Source of the DNA: Pirellulales bacterium
GTDB lineage: Bacteria; Planctomycetota; Planctomycetia; Pirellulales; Thermoguttaceae
Direction: 5' to 3'
Assembly: GCA_020846145.1 (NCBI GenBank)
Contig: JADLEL010000154.1
Span: forward strand, 11,680-75,679
Length of the DNA: 64,000 nt
Numbering within the stretch: position 1 is the stretch's first letter; each line of letters opens with the position of its first letter. Below the pieces are notes generated by a model that was given only the letters and a program-made list of their open reading frames with translations, was not told where the DNA came from and made no database searches. A program made the position numbers and the translations under genes. Below, piece after piece: positions 27,888-37,133 of this stretch.

Positions 27888-30800
27888 GGAAGCAATGCGT
27901 AGCCTCCCGACTTGCCAGACTTCGCAGTCCTTCCGTCGTTCCGCCGACGATCGTTGACAACGAATTCGCGTTTGGCGACAATGGATATCATTGGAAATAT
28001 CGGCAGACCGAGGAAATCGAGTTGGGGAACCGCAACAAAAAACTCGCCCCGAAAACGCCGGCTCCTCCGCCCGAAAGGCGGGAGAAGCCGGAGGTGCCGC
28101 GCCGCGAGCCGTATTGGCCGGGGGCGCAAACGTTTCTGTTCGCCGCCACGCTTTTTCTTAGCGCCGCGCTGCTGTTTTCCGTCCAGCCGATGTTCGCCAA
28201 GATGGTCCTGCCGCGGTTCGGCGGGGCGCCGGCGGTTTGGAACACCTGCCTGGTGTTTTATCAGGCCGTCTTGTTGGCGGGCTACCTGTACGCCCACCTC
28301 TCGGTGAAATGGCTCGGTCCGCGAAAACAAGCGGCGCTGCATCTGGCGGTGCTCTTGGCGCCGTGGATCGTGCTGCCGATCCGCATTGCGGAGAACTGGT
28401 CGCCGCCGGCGGACGCCTTTCCGGTCCCCTGGGTGTGGCTGCTCTTGTCGCTTTCGGTGGGCTTGCCCTTTTTCGTGGTTTCGGCGAGCGCGCCCGTGTT
28501 GCAGGCGTGGTTCGCCGAGACGGGCAACCGTTCGGCCAGGGATCCGTATTTTCTGTATTCGGCCAGCAATTTGGGGAGCCTCCTGGCCTTGTTGAGTTAT
28601 CCCCTGGCGATCGAGGCCTATCTTTCGCTCGGCGCGCAAGCCTGGACGTGGACCGCCGGTTACGGCTTGCTGATCGCGCTTTTGTGCGCGTGCGCGACGC
28701 GGATGTGGCTTTCGCCGAAAGCTCTCTTCGCGGAAGCCGAGCCGCGCGTGGCCGGTCCAAGCGAAGAAGATTCAAGCCCCTTGGGATTCGCGCGGCGGTT
28801 GCGGTGGGTATTGCTCGCCGCGATCCCCTCCAGCCTATTGCTGGGGGTTACCGCGCATGTTACCGTCGATATCGTGTCGATGCCGTTGTTGTGGGTGATC
28901 CCGCTTGCGCTCTATTTGCTGACCTTCGTGATCGTCTTTGCGCGGCGGCCGATTCTCGCCCATCGTTGGATGGTGCGGATGCAGCCTCTCGTGCTCGTGG
29001 CGGCGGTGGGCAGCCTGATCTGGAAAGCCACCGAGCCGACCTCGGTGTTATTGGTCGGATCGCTGCATCTGCTGGCGTTCTTCCTCACGGCCATGGTCTG
29101 CCACGGCGAGCTTGCCGCCGATCGCCCCGCCGCCGGGCGTTTGACGGAATTTTACCTCTGGATGTCGGTGGGCGGCGTGCTCGGCGGTCTTTTCAACGCG
29201 CTCGCGGCTCCGCTGCTCTTCGCGACCGTGCTCGAATATCCGCTCGCGCTCGCGGCGGCCTGCATGGTGCGGCCGCGGATCGCGGCGATGCGGAAGGGAC
29301 CGCCCTACCGCGAATGGATCGTTCCCGGCATGGCGCTCGTGATCGCCGCAATGATTTGGGGAATCGGCGAGATCTTTGCGATTTCCGGCAGGCGTTACTA
29401 CGGCATGGCGGTCGTCAATCTGTCGCTCGCGGTTCTGGCCGCCTGCGCCGCTTTTTCGCTGCGCCGCCGGCCGTTGCCCTTCGGATTGGCCGTGGCCGCT
29501 TTGGCGGCCTTGAGCCTCAAATGCGCGGAATCGGCCTCGCAAACGCTCCACGTCGAGCGGAGTTTCTTCGGCATCTTGCAGATTAAACGCGATCCGGCGG
29601 CGAATACGAACTTCCTAATCCACGGGCTGACGAACCACGGCCAGCAGTGCCGCGACGACGACCGCCGCCGCGAACCGCTTTCCTATTACCACAAGCAGGG
29701 ACCGTTGGGCGGGGTGTTCCGCGCGCTCCAGAAGCGGCGGCCGCTCAAGGAGATCGGCGCGCTGGGTCTCGGCGCCGGCACGATCGCGGCCTACGGCCTG
29801 CCCGGCGAACGCATCACGTTCTACGAGATCGATCCCGCGGTGGAGCGCATCGCCCGCCGGCCGGAGTATTTCACCTACCTCGCCGATTGCCGGGCGAACG
29901 TGGAAGTGGTTTTGGGCGACGCGCGGCTCTCGCTGGCGCGCGGGCCGGCGCGGCAATTCGACCTGCTGATCCTCGATGCGTTCAATTCCGACGCCGTCCC
30001 CCTGCACCTGCTCACCCGCGAGGCGTTCGCCGTGTACTTGAAACGCTTGGCGGAGCGCGGCGTCTTGGCCGCCCACGTTTCGAGCCGCTACCTCAATTTG
30101 GAGCCGGCCTTGGGGCGCGTGGCGGAGGACGCCGGCTTGACCGCCCTGATTTGCCGCGACGAGGAGGTGGAGGAGATCGGAAAATTCGCCACCGACTGGG
30201 TCGTGATGGCGCGGCGCGCGGCGGACCTGGGGCCGCTGGCCGACGATCCGCGTTGGGAACCGCTGCCCACCATCGCCGGGCGGATTTGGACCGACGATTT
30301 CTCGAACATCGTCGATGCCATCGAACTGGAGAATTCTTGGGACTGGCTCGTGCCTTCGTCGCGGCAACGGAACGCCGAGGCGCGGGAGCATGCGGCGAAG
30401 GGCACGAAATTGGCCCGACAAGGACGAATGGAAGAAGCCATCGCCGAATTCGAGAAGGCCTTGGAAATCGATCCGCAATATGCCGAAGCGCACGGCAATC
30501 TGGGCGCGGCTTTGGCGAGTTTGGATCGGCTCGACGAGGCCATCGATCATTACCGCCAGGCCCTGGAGCTTCGGCCCGAAGGGGCGAAAACCCACAACAA
30601 CCTCGCCCTCGCCCTGGCGCGGCGCGGAAAAATCGACGCGGCGATTCCCCATTGGCAGTGCGCGGTGGAACTGAATCCGACGCTCGCCGAAGCGCATCAG
30701 AATTTGGGAATGATGCCGTACATGCGGGGACAAACCGCAATGGCGTTGGCGCGCTGGCGGCAAGGGCTGAGGGATTGCCCCGACGACGTGATGCTGCTCT

Positions 30801-31114
30801 GCCTGATCGCCCGGACTTTGGCCACCCACGAAGATTCCGCCCTGCGGCACGGTTCCGAAGCGGTGGAACTGGCCGGTCGCGCGACCCGGATTTCCGGCGG
30901 GCGGGATGCGGCCGTCCTCGACGTGCTCGCGGCGGCCTACGCCGAAGCGGGCCGCTTTCCCGAAGCCGTGGAATCCGCCGAAAAGGCCCTCGCCCTCGCC
31001 GGCAACAACGCGGCGCTGAAAACCGCCCTTGAAGAAAAATTGAAACTCTACCGCGCCGGCGCGGCGTTCCGCGAACCTCATCCATCTCCGCCGCCAAAAC
31101 TGCGCGCGCCCTGA
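27869..31114 (+). CDS. fused polytopic membrane / spermidine synthase-like / TPR repeat protein
   Basis: N-terminal ~480 aa are multi-TM. The centre has GALGLGAGTIA...FYEIDP...LLILDAFNSDAVPLHLLTREAF (SpeE-like Rossmann fold). The C-terminus has several TPR units (ALEIDPQYAEAHGNLG...). The true start is probably downstream of 27869, which lies in a repeat. Confidence 0.7.
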   Translation: MVAVRGRKQCVASRLARLRSPSVVPPTIVDNEFAFGDNGYHWKYRQTEEIELGNRNKKLAPKTPAPPPERREKPEVPRREPYWPGAQTFLFAATLFLSAALLFSVQPMFAKMVLPRFGGAPAVWNTCLVFYQAVLLAGYLYAHLSVKWLGPRKQAALHLAVLLAPWIVLPIRIAENWSPPADAFPVPWVWLLLSLSVGLPFFVVSASAPVLQAWFAETGNRSARDPYFLYSASNLGSLLALLSYPLAIEAYLSLGAQAWTWTAGYGLLIALLCACATRMWLSPKALFAEAEPRVAGPSEEDSSPLGFARRLRWVLLAAIPSSLLLGVTAHVTVDIVSMPLLWVIPLALYLLTFVIVFARRPILAHRWMVRMQPLVLVAAVGSLIWKATEPTSVLLVGSLHLLAFFLTAMVCHGELAADRPAAGRLTEFYLWMSVGGVLGGLFNALAAPLLFATVLEYPLALAAACMVRPRIAAMRKGPPYREWIVPGMALVIAAMIWGIGEIFAISGRRYYGMAVVNLSLAVLAACAAFSLRRRPLPFGLAVAALAALSLKCAESASQTLHVERSFFGILQIKRDPAANTNFLIHGLTNHGQQCRDDDRRREPLSYYHKQGPLGGVFRALQKRRPLKEIGALGLGAGTIAAYGLPGERITFYEIDPAVERIARRPEYFTYLADCRANVEVVLGDARLSLARGPARQFDLLILDAFNSDAVPLHLLTREAFAVYLKRLAERGVLAAHVSSRYLNLEPALGRVAEDAGLTALICRDEEVEEIGKFATDWVVMARRAADLGPLADDPRWEPLPTIAGRIWTDDFSNIVDAIELENSWDWLVPSSRQRNAEAREHAAKGTKLARQGRMEEAIAEFEKALEIDPQYAEAHGNLGAALASLDRLDEAIDHYRQALELRPEGAKTHNNLALALARRGKIDAAIPHWQCAVELNPTLAEAHQNLGMMPYMRGQTAMALARWRQGLRDCPDDVMLLCLIARTLATHEDSALRHGSEAVELAGRATRISGGRDAAVLDVLAAAYAEAGRFPEAVESAEKALALAGNNAALKTALEEKLKLYRAGAAFREPHPSPPPKLRAP

Positions 31115-31359
31115 AGCCGCGATTCCCGCCCCCGTTTTATGCTCCGGCCCTCTCGCCTGCACGAAAATTCCAAAACTCCCCACTCCGGGCACCGACCGAA
31201 GGTTGGTCGGCGGGCACCACGGAGTGGTCGGGACCGGGGAGGAAGGCTATCGGCAATCTGATTTACGCAATGGGAAAAAGGAGCCATAAACCGGCTATTT
31301 CGATCCTTCATGCGATCCTTTGGCTGACTTGATGAAGAAATTTAGGTTCATCCGGTTTG

Positions 31360-31620
31360 AGCGTACCTGTTCGATGGGTTTCGCGGCAGGAAGTCGCCGC
31401 GGCCCAAAGGGCCAACAGTTCGCCCAGCCCCAGGCATCGCCTGGGGTTTGCGGCAACGCGACGAATGAAGGTTTCGGCCCAACGGGCCAACGGTTCTTCT
31501 CGCGCCGGAGAATGGCCGGGAAAGTTGGGCCTCTCAATGCGTTGCGAGGGCTACGTTCCCCAGGGCGCTGCCCCGGGCTGGGTGAACGGCTGGGCCTTCG
31601 GCCCGAATCGAGGAAATCCA
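31360..31620. repeat. cluster of degenerate GGCCCAA(A/C)GGGCCAAC-type repeat units
   Basis: GGCCCAAAGGGCCAACAGTTCGCCCAGCC, GGCCCAACGGGCCAACGGTTC and GGGCCTTCGGCCCGAATCG in a non-coding gap. Confidence 0.6.
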
Positions 31621-31836
31621 TTTCAGAAGAATCATTGATCTGATTCTATTCTCACGAACATGAAGCCTCGACTTCTCAAGTGCGCTCTTTTAGGATAAAC
31701 TTTTTCTTCTCATTGTCCTTATTCTCCTTCAGTGACGTTCGGAATAGGACCGCGGCACGAACGCGACTACACCCTGCCTCGTTCCAGAGCGAGAGAAATC
31801 GAGGGAAATAACGCCCCTCGCAGCCAAAGCAGGTTG

Positions 31837-34269
31837 CTATCTCCGTCGCGGCGCGGTCCGTTGCCGATTTCCGCATAACCCGAACGCGATCGGGAGCACT
31901 GAAAATAATAACGCGAGCATCCCCGGCTCCGGCACGGCGATCGAAAGGGTGGTGGAGCCGATGGCGAGCGCATTGACTCGAATGCTCGTCGCCGTGAGCG
32001 CGGTGGGCGAACCGTCCGCGCCCACGCCGAGCGCGCCGCCGCCGACGATTTCGTGCAGATCGGCCGTAGCGCCGTTGAAGAGCAGAGTCCCCTCGGCAAT
32101 GGTGGTGAGTCCCCGATAGTCGGCGTTGCCTTTCACGACGACGGCGCCCGGTCCTTCTTTTATCAGATCGCCGACGTCCGTGAGCCGGCCGTTGAGAACG
32201 AGTTCGTCGGAGGCGTTCGGCGCGAGAAGCCGCGCGCGGGAAGTGATTTTGAGGTACGGATCGATCGTGCCGCCGCCGGCGATCGTGCCGCCGGCCATTT
32301 CGATAAAATCGGCGAAGACGGCGGCGGTGGGATCGAGGGTAAGCGAACTGCCTTCCCAGATTTTGACGGCGACGGGCAGTTCGATCCGGCCGAAGTCGGA
32401 GACCGAGACGTCGCCCGTCCCGCCTTTGGTCATGGCATCGCCGCCGATGACGAGCGTTTCGCCGATGGCCCAAACGGAATCCGCGCCGGAGATGGAGACG
32501 CCGCCGATCGAACCGGGGTATCGGGCGACGATGCCGTAGCCCGACGCGACGCGGCCGCCGTTCTCGATATTCAAGGTCCCCTGGCCGTAAAAGCCCACGT
32601 TCAAGGTTCCGTCGTGGGTCCAGATCGAGCCGGTGTCCTTGACGGTTACGTTGCCCGCGCCCCGTTTTCCCGGTCCGCCGTCGTAGGCGCCGAGAATGGC
32701 GGCGGAGTTGGAGGGGGAGAGATGCGGATGGGATTCGACCCGCGCGCCGCCCTCGATTTCCAGAATGCCCAGGTTTTCCGTCCCGACTTTGATTTGCGCG
32801 TTGGCGACCAGGGCGGAGGGCGTGCCGTTGGAATCGTGTCCGCGGACGGCGACGAAACCGATGGCGTTTTGCCCGATTTCGACGATTCCCTTGGTTCCCT
32901 CTGGGAGGTTCGGATCGGCGTTTTCGGTGGTGACGGAGACCAGTCCGCCGTTGGCGATGAACATTTGCGCGAAGCCGAGATGCCCGATTTCCAGGCGGAA
33001 TCGATTGTGCAAATGCGCGTCCATGCCGTTGACTTCGACGACGCCGATTCCGGTGCCGTCGCCGCCGACGAGAGTGAGGTATTCGTTGGAGAGATAGCCC
33101 CCGTGCAGCACTTTCACCGTGGCGCTGGTGGTTTTTCCGACGAGCAGGCCGACGTAATCGCCGCCGGGATCGGGATTGTTGGGATCGCCGGCGCCGCGGC
33201 CTTTGACGAACAGTTGCGAATCGGGGCCTTCGACGCGGACTAGCGCCTTGACGTCGTCGTTGACGTAATCGCCCCTGCCGAGCGAGAGCGATTTTTCGAT
33301 TTCGGCCAGACCGCCGGATTGGACGATCAATTCGCCAGAGCTAAGTTTCTTTTCGGCGAGGGTAACGTGTCCGAAATTATGCAAATGCCCTTGGTTTTGC
33401 ACGGTTACGGAGCCGTCCCCTTCCATGCCGACGACCAGGCTGACTTCGGGATCGCTCAACAGTTCCCAGGTCGAATCGAGGCCGTCGATCGTGGCGCTGC
33501 CCTTTCCGAAAGCGCTGGAGGGGCCGCCGGGAACGTCGCGGACCTCGCCCATCACGCAGCGGCCGACGCGGGCGGTCGCGCTGAGGCTCACGTTCAAGTT
33601 TCCCTCGCCGCGTCCGCCGAGCGCGAAAAAGCCCGTGCAGTGCCAAAGCGAGTTGGGATCGCGGACGGTGATATCGCCGCGGCCGCCGACCGAAGCGCCC
33701 GCGCCGCCATGGCCGTGCTCGACGGTCGCGCCGTTGTCGATCCACAAGGAGCCGATGCCCGAATCGCCGACGGTCATTCCGTGTTGGAAGGCCGTCCAGC
33801 GGTCGTCGGTCGCGGGATTGTTGTCTCCGCGCATGCAGAGTTCGGCCGAGCTTCCGGGCAGCCGCGCGATGAAGCAATCGTATGCATCGACCACGCCGTG
33901 AACGACCGCCAGGCGGGTATTCGTCGAGGAATCGCCGATGACCGCGGCGGGATCGTCCAAACCCGGAGTCCAAACGTGATGCAGCGTGTAGGTGTGATTG
34001 CCCAAGTTCAAATTCACGTCGGTCGATTGCGTTACATCCGCCAAATCGACGAGCAGTTGGCCGTTCGTTACGTCGTTGGCGAGCGAGATCGTGCCGGTGA
34101 GCGGCATGTTGATGATCGCCCGGTCGTTCGCGCCGGGCGGACCGGCGGGAGTCCAGTAGGTGATCGTGTTGAAATCGCCTCCCGCCGCATGATTCCAAAC
34201 ATAATCGGCGGCGAACGAATTCGCGGGCAAGAATAATGTCGCCAAGAGGAGCAATGAGAAGACTTTCAT
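31837..34269 (-). CDS. PEP-CTERM-anchored beta-helix (autotransporter-passenger-like) surface protein
   Basis: Signal peptide MKVFSLLLLATLFLPANSFA; Gly/Asn/Val-rich beta-helix repeats; terminal VPEPGMLALLFSVLPIAFGLCGNRQR (PEP-CTERM). Confidence 0.8.
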   Translation of the reverse strand: MKVFSLLLLATLFLPANSFAADYVWNHAAGGDFNTITYWTPAGPPGANDRAIINMPLTGTISLANDVTNGQLLVDLADVTQSTDVNLNLGNHTYTLHHVWTPGLDDPAAVIGDSSTNTRLAVVHGVVDAYDCFIARLPGSSAELCMRGDNNPATDDRWTAFQHGMTVGDSGIGSLWIDNGATVEHGHGGAGASVGGRGDITVRDPNSLWHCTGFFALGGRGEGNLNVSLSATARVGRCVMGEVRDVPGGPSSAFGKGSATIDGLDSTWELLSDPEVSLVVGMEGDGSVTVQNQGHLHNFGHVTLAEKKLSSGELIVQSGGLAEIEKSLSLGRGDYVNDDVKALVRVEGPDSQLFVKGRGAGDPNNPDPGGDYVGLLVGKTTSATVKVLHGGYLSNEYLTLVGGDGTGIGVVEVNGMDAHLHNRFRLEIGHLGFAQMFIANGGLVSVTTENADPNLPEGTKGIVEIGQNAIGFVAVRGHDSNGTPSALVANAQIKVGTENLGILEIEGGARVESHPHLSPSNSAAILGAYDGGPGKRGAGNVTVKDTGSIWTHDGTLNVGFYGQGTLNIENGGRVASGYGIVARYPGSIGGVSISGADSVWAIGETLVIGGDAMTKGGTGDVSVSDFGRIELPVAVKIWEGSSLTLDPTAAVFADFIEMAGGTIAGGGTIDPYLKITSRARLLAPNASDELVLNGRLTDVGDLIKEGPGAVVVKGNADYRGLTTIAEGTLLFNGATADLHEIVGGGALGVGADGSPTALTATSIRVNALAIGSTTLSIAVPEPGMLALLFSVLPIAFGLCGNRQRTAPRRR

Positions 34270-34550
34270 GGCAAATCTCCTGAATAATGAAAATTGTGAG
34301 CTGCGGGAACGCGGAATTATCTCGCCTGCAACCGCAACGAATTGGCGATGTTGTGTAATGCCGAGAAGTCCACACGGCTCCCAAATTACCTATTTTATTA
34401 TTTTCAATTATTCAGTAAATACCTCTATGGGGTGTTTTTTTATTGCAAAAAATTGAACTTGGAATTTTTTGCTCATGCACTGAGTGAGAGGAGTCTCGGA
34501 TGAGGGCCTGGCAAAACACGCAAACAGGGAAAGGTATTCAAACCGAAAAT

Positions 34551-34589
34551 GCCCTCACCCCCACCCCATCTCCTCGTGGGAGAGGGGAG
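34551..34589. repeat. CTCC..GGGAGAGGGGAG hairpin repeat (inverted relative of 13079-13117)
   Basis: GCCCTCACCCCCACCCCATCTCCTCGTGGGAGAGGGGAG. Confidence 0.7.
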
Positions 34590-34736
34590 TTGCTGTCGAT
34601 TCGATGTCATGAATGTACTGGAAACGGCTAAAAATGTCTTGTGTCAAACGGGGAATCACGGTACAAGTACCGACCCGACTATTGCGGCTTATTGCCGCGC
34701 TCGTCAAAAATCTCCTCACGACACCGGATCGCAATC

Positions 34737-35609
34737 ATGTCCAGTTCCACGATCGAAATCGCTGAAGTCCCACGGCGAAGTTTGGCGAGCGTCGCCGTCG
34801 ATGGGATCGCGGCTCTGGGCGAGATGCTGGTCGGCGGCATGATGGAACTGGGGAGCATATCGATCTTCATCTGGCGGACGATGCAGTGGCTCTTCACGCG
34901 CTTGCCCAAGCGGGAGACGCTGCTGCCGAATTTCTATCAGATCGGCGTATTGAGCATGCCGGTGGTGGCGCTGACGGGCACGTTCATCGGCATGGTGCTG
35001 GTCGTGCAAACGTTCGTGCAGTTCCGCATGATGAACATGGAAACGCGGCTGGGGGCGGTGATCAACATGTCCTTGGTGCGCGAGTTGGGGCCGGTACTGG
35101 CGGCGACGATGCTCGCCGGCCGGGTGGGCAGCGCGATGGCCGCCGAGTTGGGGACGATGCGCGTCACCGAGCAGATCGACGCGCTGGCGAGCATGGGCGC
35201 GAATCCGATCCACTATCTCGTGGTGCCGCGGTTCCTGGCCTGCTTGCTGCTGATCCCCGCCTTGACGCTGATGGCCGATTTCATGGGCGCGTTGGGGGCG
35301 TTCTTTTACGCCGTCTATCTGCAGGGGATCGATTGGCATCATTACCTGGAGAATTCGCAGCGCTTCGTGGGCGTCTTCGACGTTTTCGCGGGCGTGTTCA
35401 AGAGCTTGTTTTTCGGCGCGGCGATCGCCTTCATCGCCTGCCACCGCGGATTCCACTGCGATCCCGGCGCGGAGGGCGTCGGCCGCGCCGCCACCAAGGC
35501 GTTCGTCGCCTCGTTCGTCGCCATCATGCTGCTGAACCTTCTGTTGGGCATTTTCCTCGACGGCGTTTATTACACGCTCTGGCCGGAAGCGCCGAAGATT
35601 ACGAGCTGA
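34737..35609 (+). CDS. mlaE: MlaE family ABC transporter permease
   Basis: VRELGPVLAATMLAGRVGSAMAAELGTMRVTEQIDAL is the MlaE/TTG2B signature. Confidence 0.88.
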   Translation: MSSSTIEIAEVPRRSLASVAVDGIAALGEMLVGGMMELGSISIFIWRTMQWLFTRLPKRETLLPNFYQIGVLSMPVVALTGTFIGMVLVVQTFVQFRMMNMETRLGAVINMSLVRELGPVLAATMLAGRVGSAMAAELGTMRVTEQIDALASMGANPIHYLVVPRFLACLLLIPALTLMADFMGALGAFFYAVYLQGIDWHHYLENSQRFVGVFDVFAGVFKSLFFGAAIAFIACHRGFHCDPGAEGVGRAATKAFVASFVAIMLLNLLLGIFLDGVYYTLWPEAPKITS

Positions 35610-35611
35610 GA

Positions 35612-35676
35612 AGCAGTAGGCGGTAAGCAGTAGGCAGTAGCCAGTAAGCGGTAGGCAGTAGGCAGTGGGCAGTTAG
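35612..35676. repeat. tandem GCAGTAGG-type repeat, left arm flanking the four-helix-bundle gene
   Basis: GCAGTAGGCGGTAAGCAGTAGGCAGTAGCCAGTAAGCGGTAGGCAGTAGGCAGTGGGCAG. Confidence 0.85.
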
Positions 35677-35725
35677 CCGTGAGTAGATCGGTGGGATAGG
35701 TTAGGCAATTATTGGAGGTTTTATA

Positions 35726-36094
35726 ATGTCCGGGAAGAATTATCGCGATTTGATCGTTTGGCAGAAAGCGATCGAACTGGTGGTGGAAATATATCGGCTT
35801 ACCCAGACCTTTCCCAAGGAAGAACTGTACTGCCTGACCAGCCAAATAAGACGAGCGGCGATTTCGATTCCTTCAAACATCGCCGAAGGCCAAGGCCGGA
35901 GGACGAAAAAGGAATTTGCGAATTTTCTTTCGTTCGCCCACGGTTCCCTGCGAGAGACCGAAACCCAACTGACAATCGCACAACGCCTTGGATACGCCAA
36001 GCCAACAACCGTGGAAGCCACATTAAACCGATGCGCGGAAATCGGCCGTCTGCTCAACGGCCTATCCAACTCCCTCGCATCTCCACCCATGTAA
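35726..36094 (+). CDS. four-helix-bundle protein (23S rRNA intervening-sequence protein family, TIGR02436-like)
   Basis: YRDLIVWQKA..L...IY.LT..FPKEE...LTSQIRRAAISIPSNIAEG..R....EF..FL..A.GSL.E..TQL is the family signature. Confidence 0.85.
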   Translation: MSGKNYRDLIVWQKAIELVVEIYRLTQTFPKEELYCLTSQIRRAAISIPSNIAEGQGRRTKKEFANFLSFAHGSLRETETQLTIAQRLGYAKPTTVEATLNRCAEIGRLLNGLSNSLASPPM

Positions 36095-36110
36095 TCTTCC
36101 CCATCCTTTC

Positions 36111-36150
36111 CTACCACCTACCGCCCACTGCCTACTGCCTACCGCCTACT
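36111..36150. repeat. tandem CCTACTGC-type repeat, right (complementary) arm flanking the four-helix-bundle gene
   Basis: CCTACCACCTACCGCCCACTGCCTACTGCCTACCGCCTACT. Confidence 0.85.
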
Positions 36151-36153
36151 AAA

Positions 36154-37005
36154 ATGGCCGAAGCACTTTTCAACGCCGAACCGCGCGGGAATCTGGTCGA
36201 GATCGAGGGTTTGTCCGTCGATTTCGGGCGGCATCGGGTGCTGCGCGGGATCGATTTGAAGATTCCCCGCGGGCAGACGCTGGCGATCATCGGCGAAAGC
36301 GGCTGCGGCAAGACGGTGCTGTTGAAAACCATCATCGGACTGATCCGCCCGACCGTCGGCACGGTGTCGTTCGAAGGCAAGGATTTGGCGCGGCTGGGCG
36401 AGCGGGAGTTGACCGGCGAGCGGATTCGCTTCGGATTCTTGTTCCAGGGGGCGGCGCTGTTCGACAGCATGACCGTCGCGCAGAACATTTCTTTCCCACT
36501 GCGGCAGCATACGAAAAAACCGCCGGAGGAGATTAAACGCATCATTCAGGCCCGGCTGGCCGAAGTGGGCTTGCCGGAAAACGTGCTGGGCAAAAAGCCC
36601 GGAGAACTTTCGGGCGGAATGCGGAAGCGGGTGGGACTGGCGCGGGCGCTGGCCTTGGAGCCGGAGATCATCCTCTACGACGAGCCGACCACGGGCCTCG
36701 ATCCGATCATGAGCGACGTGATCAACGAGCTGATTCTCGGCACGCGGCGGCAGCATCCGGTAACGAGCATCGTGGTGACGCACGACATGCGAACCGCGCA
36801 GAAGGTCGCCGACCGCGTGGTGATGCTCTATCCCTTGCCGCGGTTGCGGATGGACGAGACGCAGATCATTTACGACGGTCCGCCCGACCGGATCGAACGC
36901 AGCCCGGACAGCCGCGTTTCGCAATTCGTCCGCGGCGAAGCGGGCGAGCGGCTGATGGAAATGCGGAAGCAAAACGTAACTTACGACGTGCAGAACGGGG
37001 TGTAA
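36154..37005 (+). CDS. mlaF: ABC transporter ATP-binding protein (MlaF-like)
   Basis: Walker A GESGCGKT, signature LSGGMRKRVGLARA, Walker B ILYDEPTTGLD, H-loop VVTHD. Confidence 0.88.
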   Translation: MAEALFNAEPRGNLVEIEGLSVDFGRHRVLRGIDLKIPRGQTLAIIGESGCGKTVLLKTIIGLIRPTVGTVSFEGKDLARLGERELTGERIRFGFLFQGAALFDSMTVAQNISFPLRQHTKKPPEEIKRIIQARLAEVGLPENVLGKKPGELSGGMRKRVGLARALALEPEIILYDEPTTGLDPIMSDVINELILGTRRQHPVTSIVVTHDMRTAQKVADRVVMLYPLPRLRMDETQIIYDGPPDRIERSPDSRVSQFVRGEAGERLMEMRKQNVTYDVQNGV

Positions 37006-37048
37006 GGGTGGGTGGCAGCGGCGGCATTTTTGCCGGTGCAATCCCGAA

Positions 37049-37106
37049 GCACTGGCAAGATGCCAGTGGCACACTACCGTATCACTGGCAAGATGCCAAT
37101 GGCACC
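37049..37106. repeat. palindromic repeat family C, two copies between mlaF and mlaD
   Basis: GCACTGGCAAGATGCCAGTGGCACAC and TCACTGGCAAGATGCCAATGGCACC. Confidence 0.9.
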
Positions 37107-37133
37107 CTGCGAGACATTACCAGGAAATATATC

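Noticed and set aside
29615-31192. 525-aa minus-strand ORF and other large alternative-frame ORFs (29647..31032, 30093..31097).
   Set aside because: They overlap the TPR/SpeE-like gene, whose frame shows clean TPR consensus repeats. The alternatives are Arg/Gly/Pro-biased.
31676-34384. Alternative-frame ORFs (31676..32473, 32053..33243, 33319..34236, 33377..34384).
   Set aside because: They are shadows of the 810-aa PEP-CTERM beta-helix gene. Only that frame has a signal peptide and a PEP-CTERM tail.
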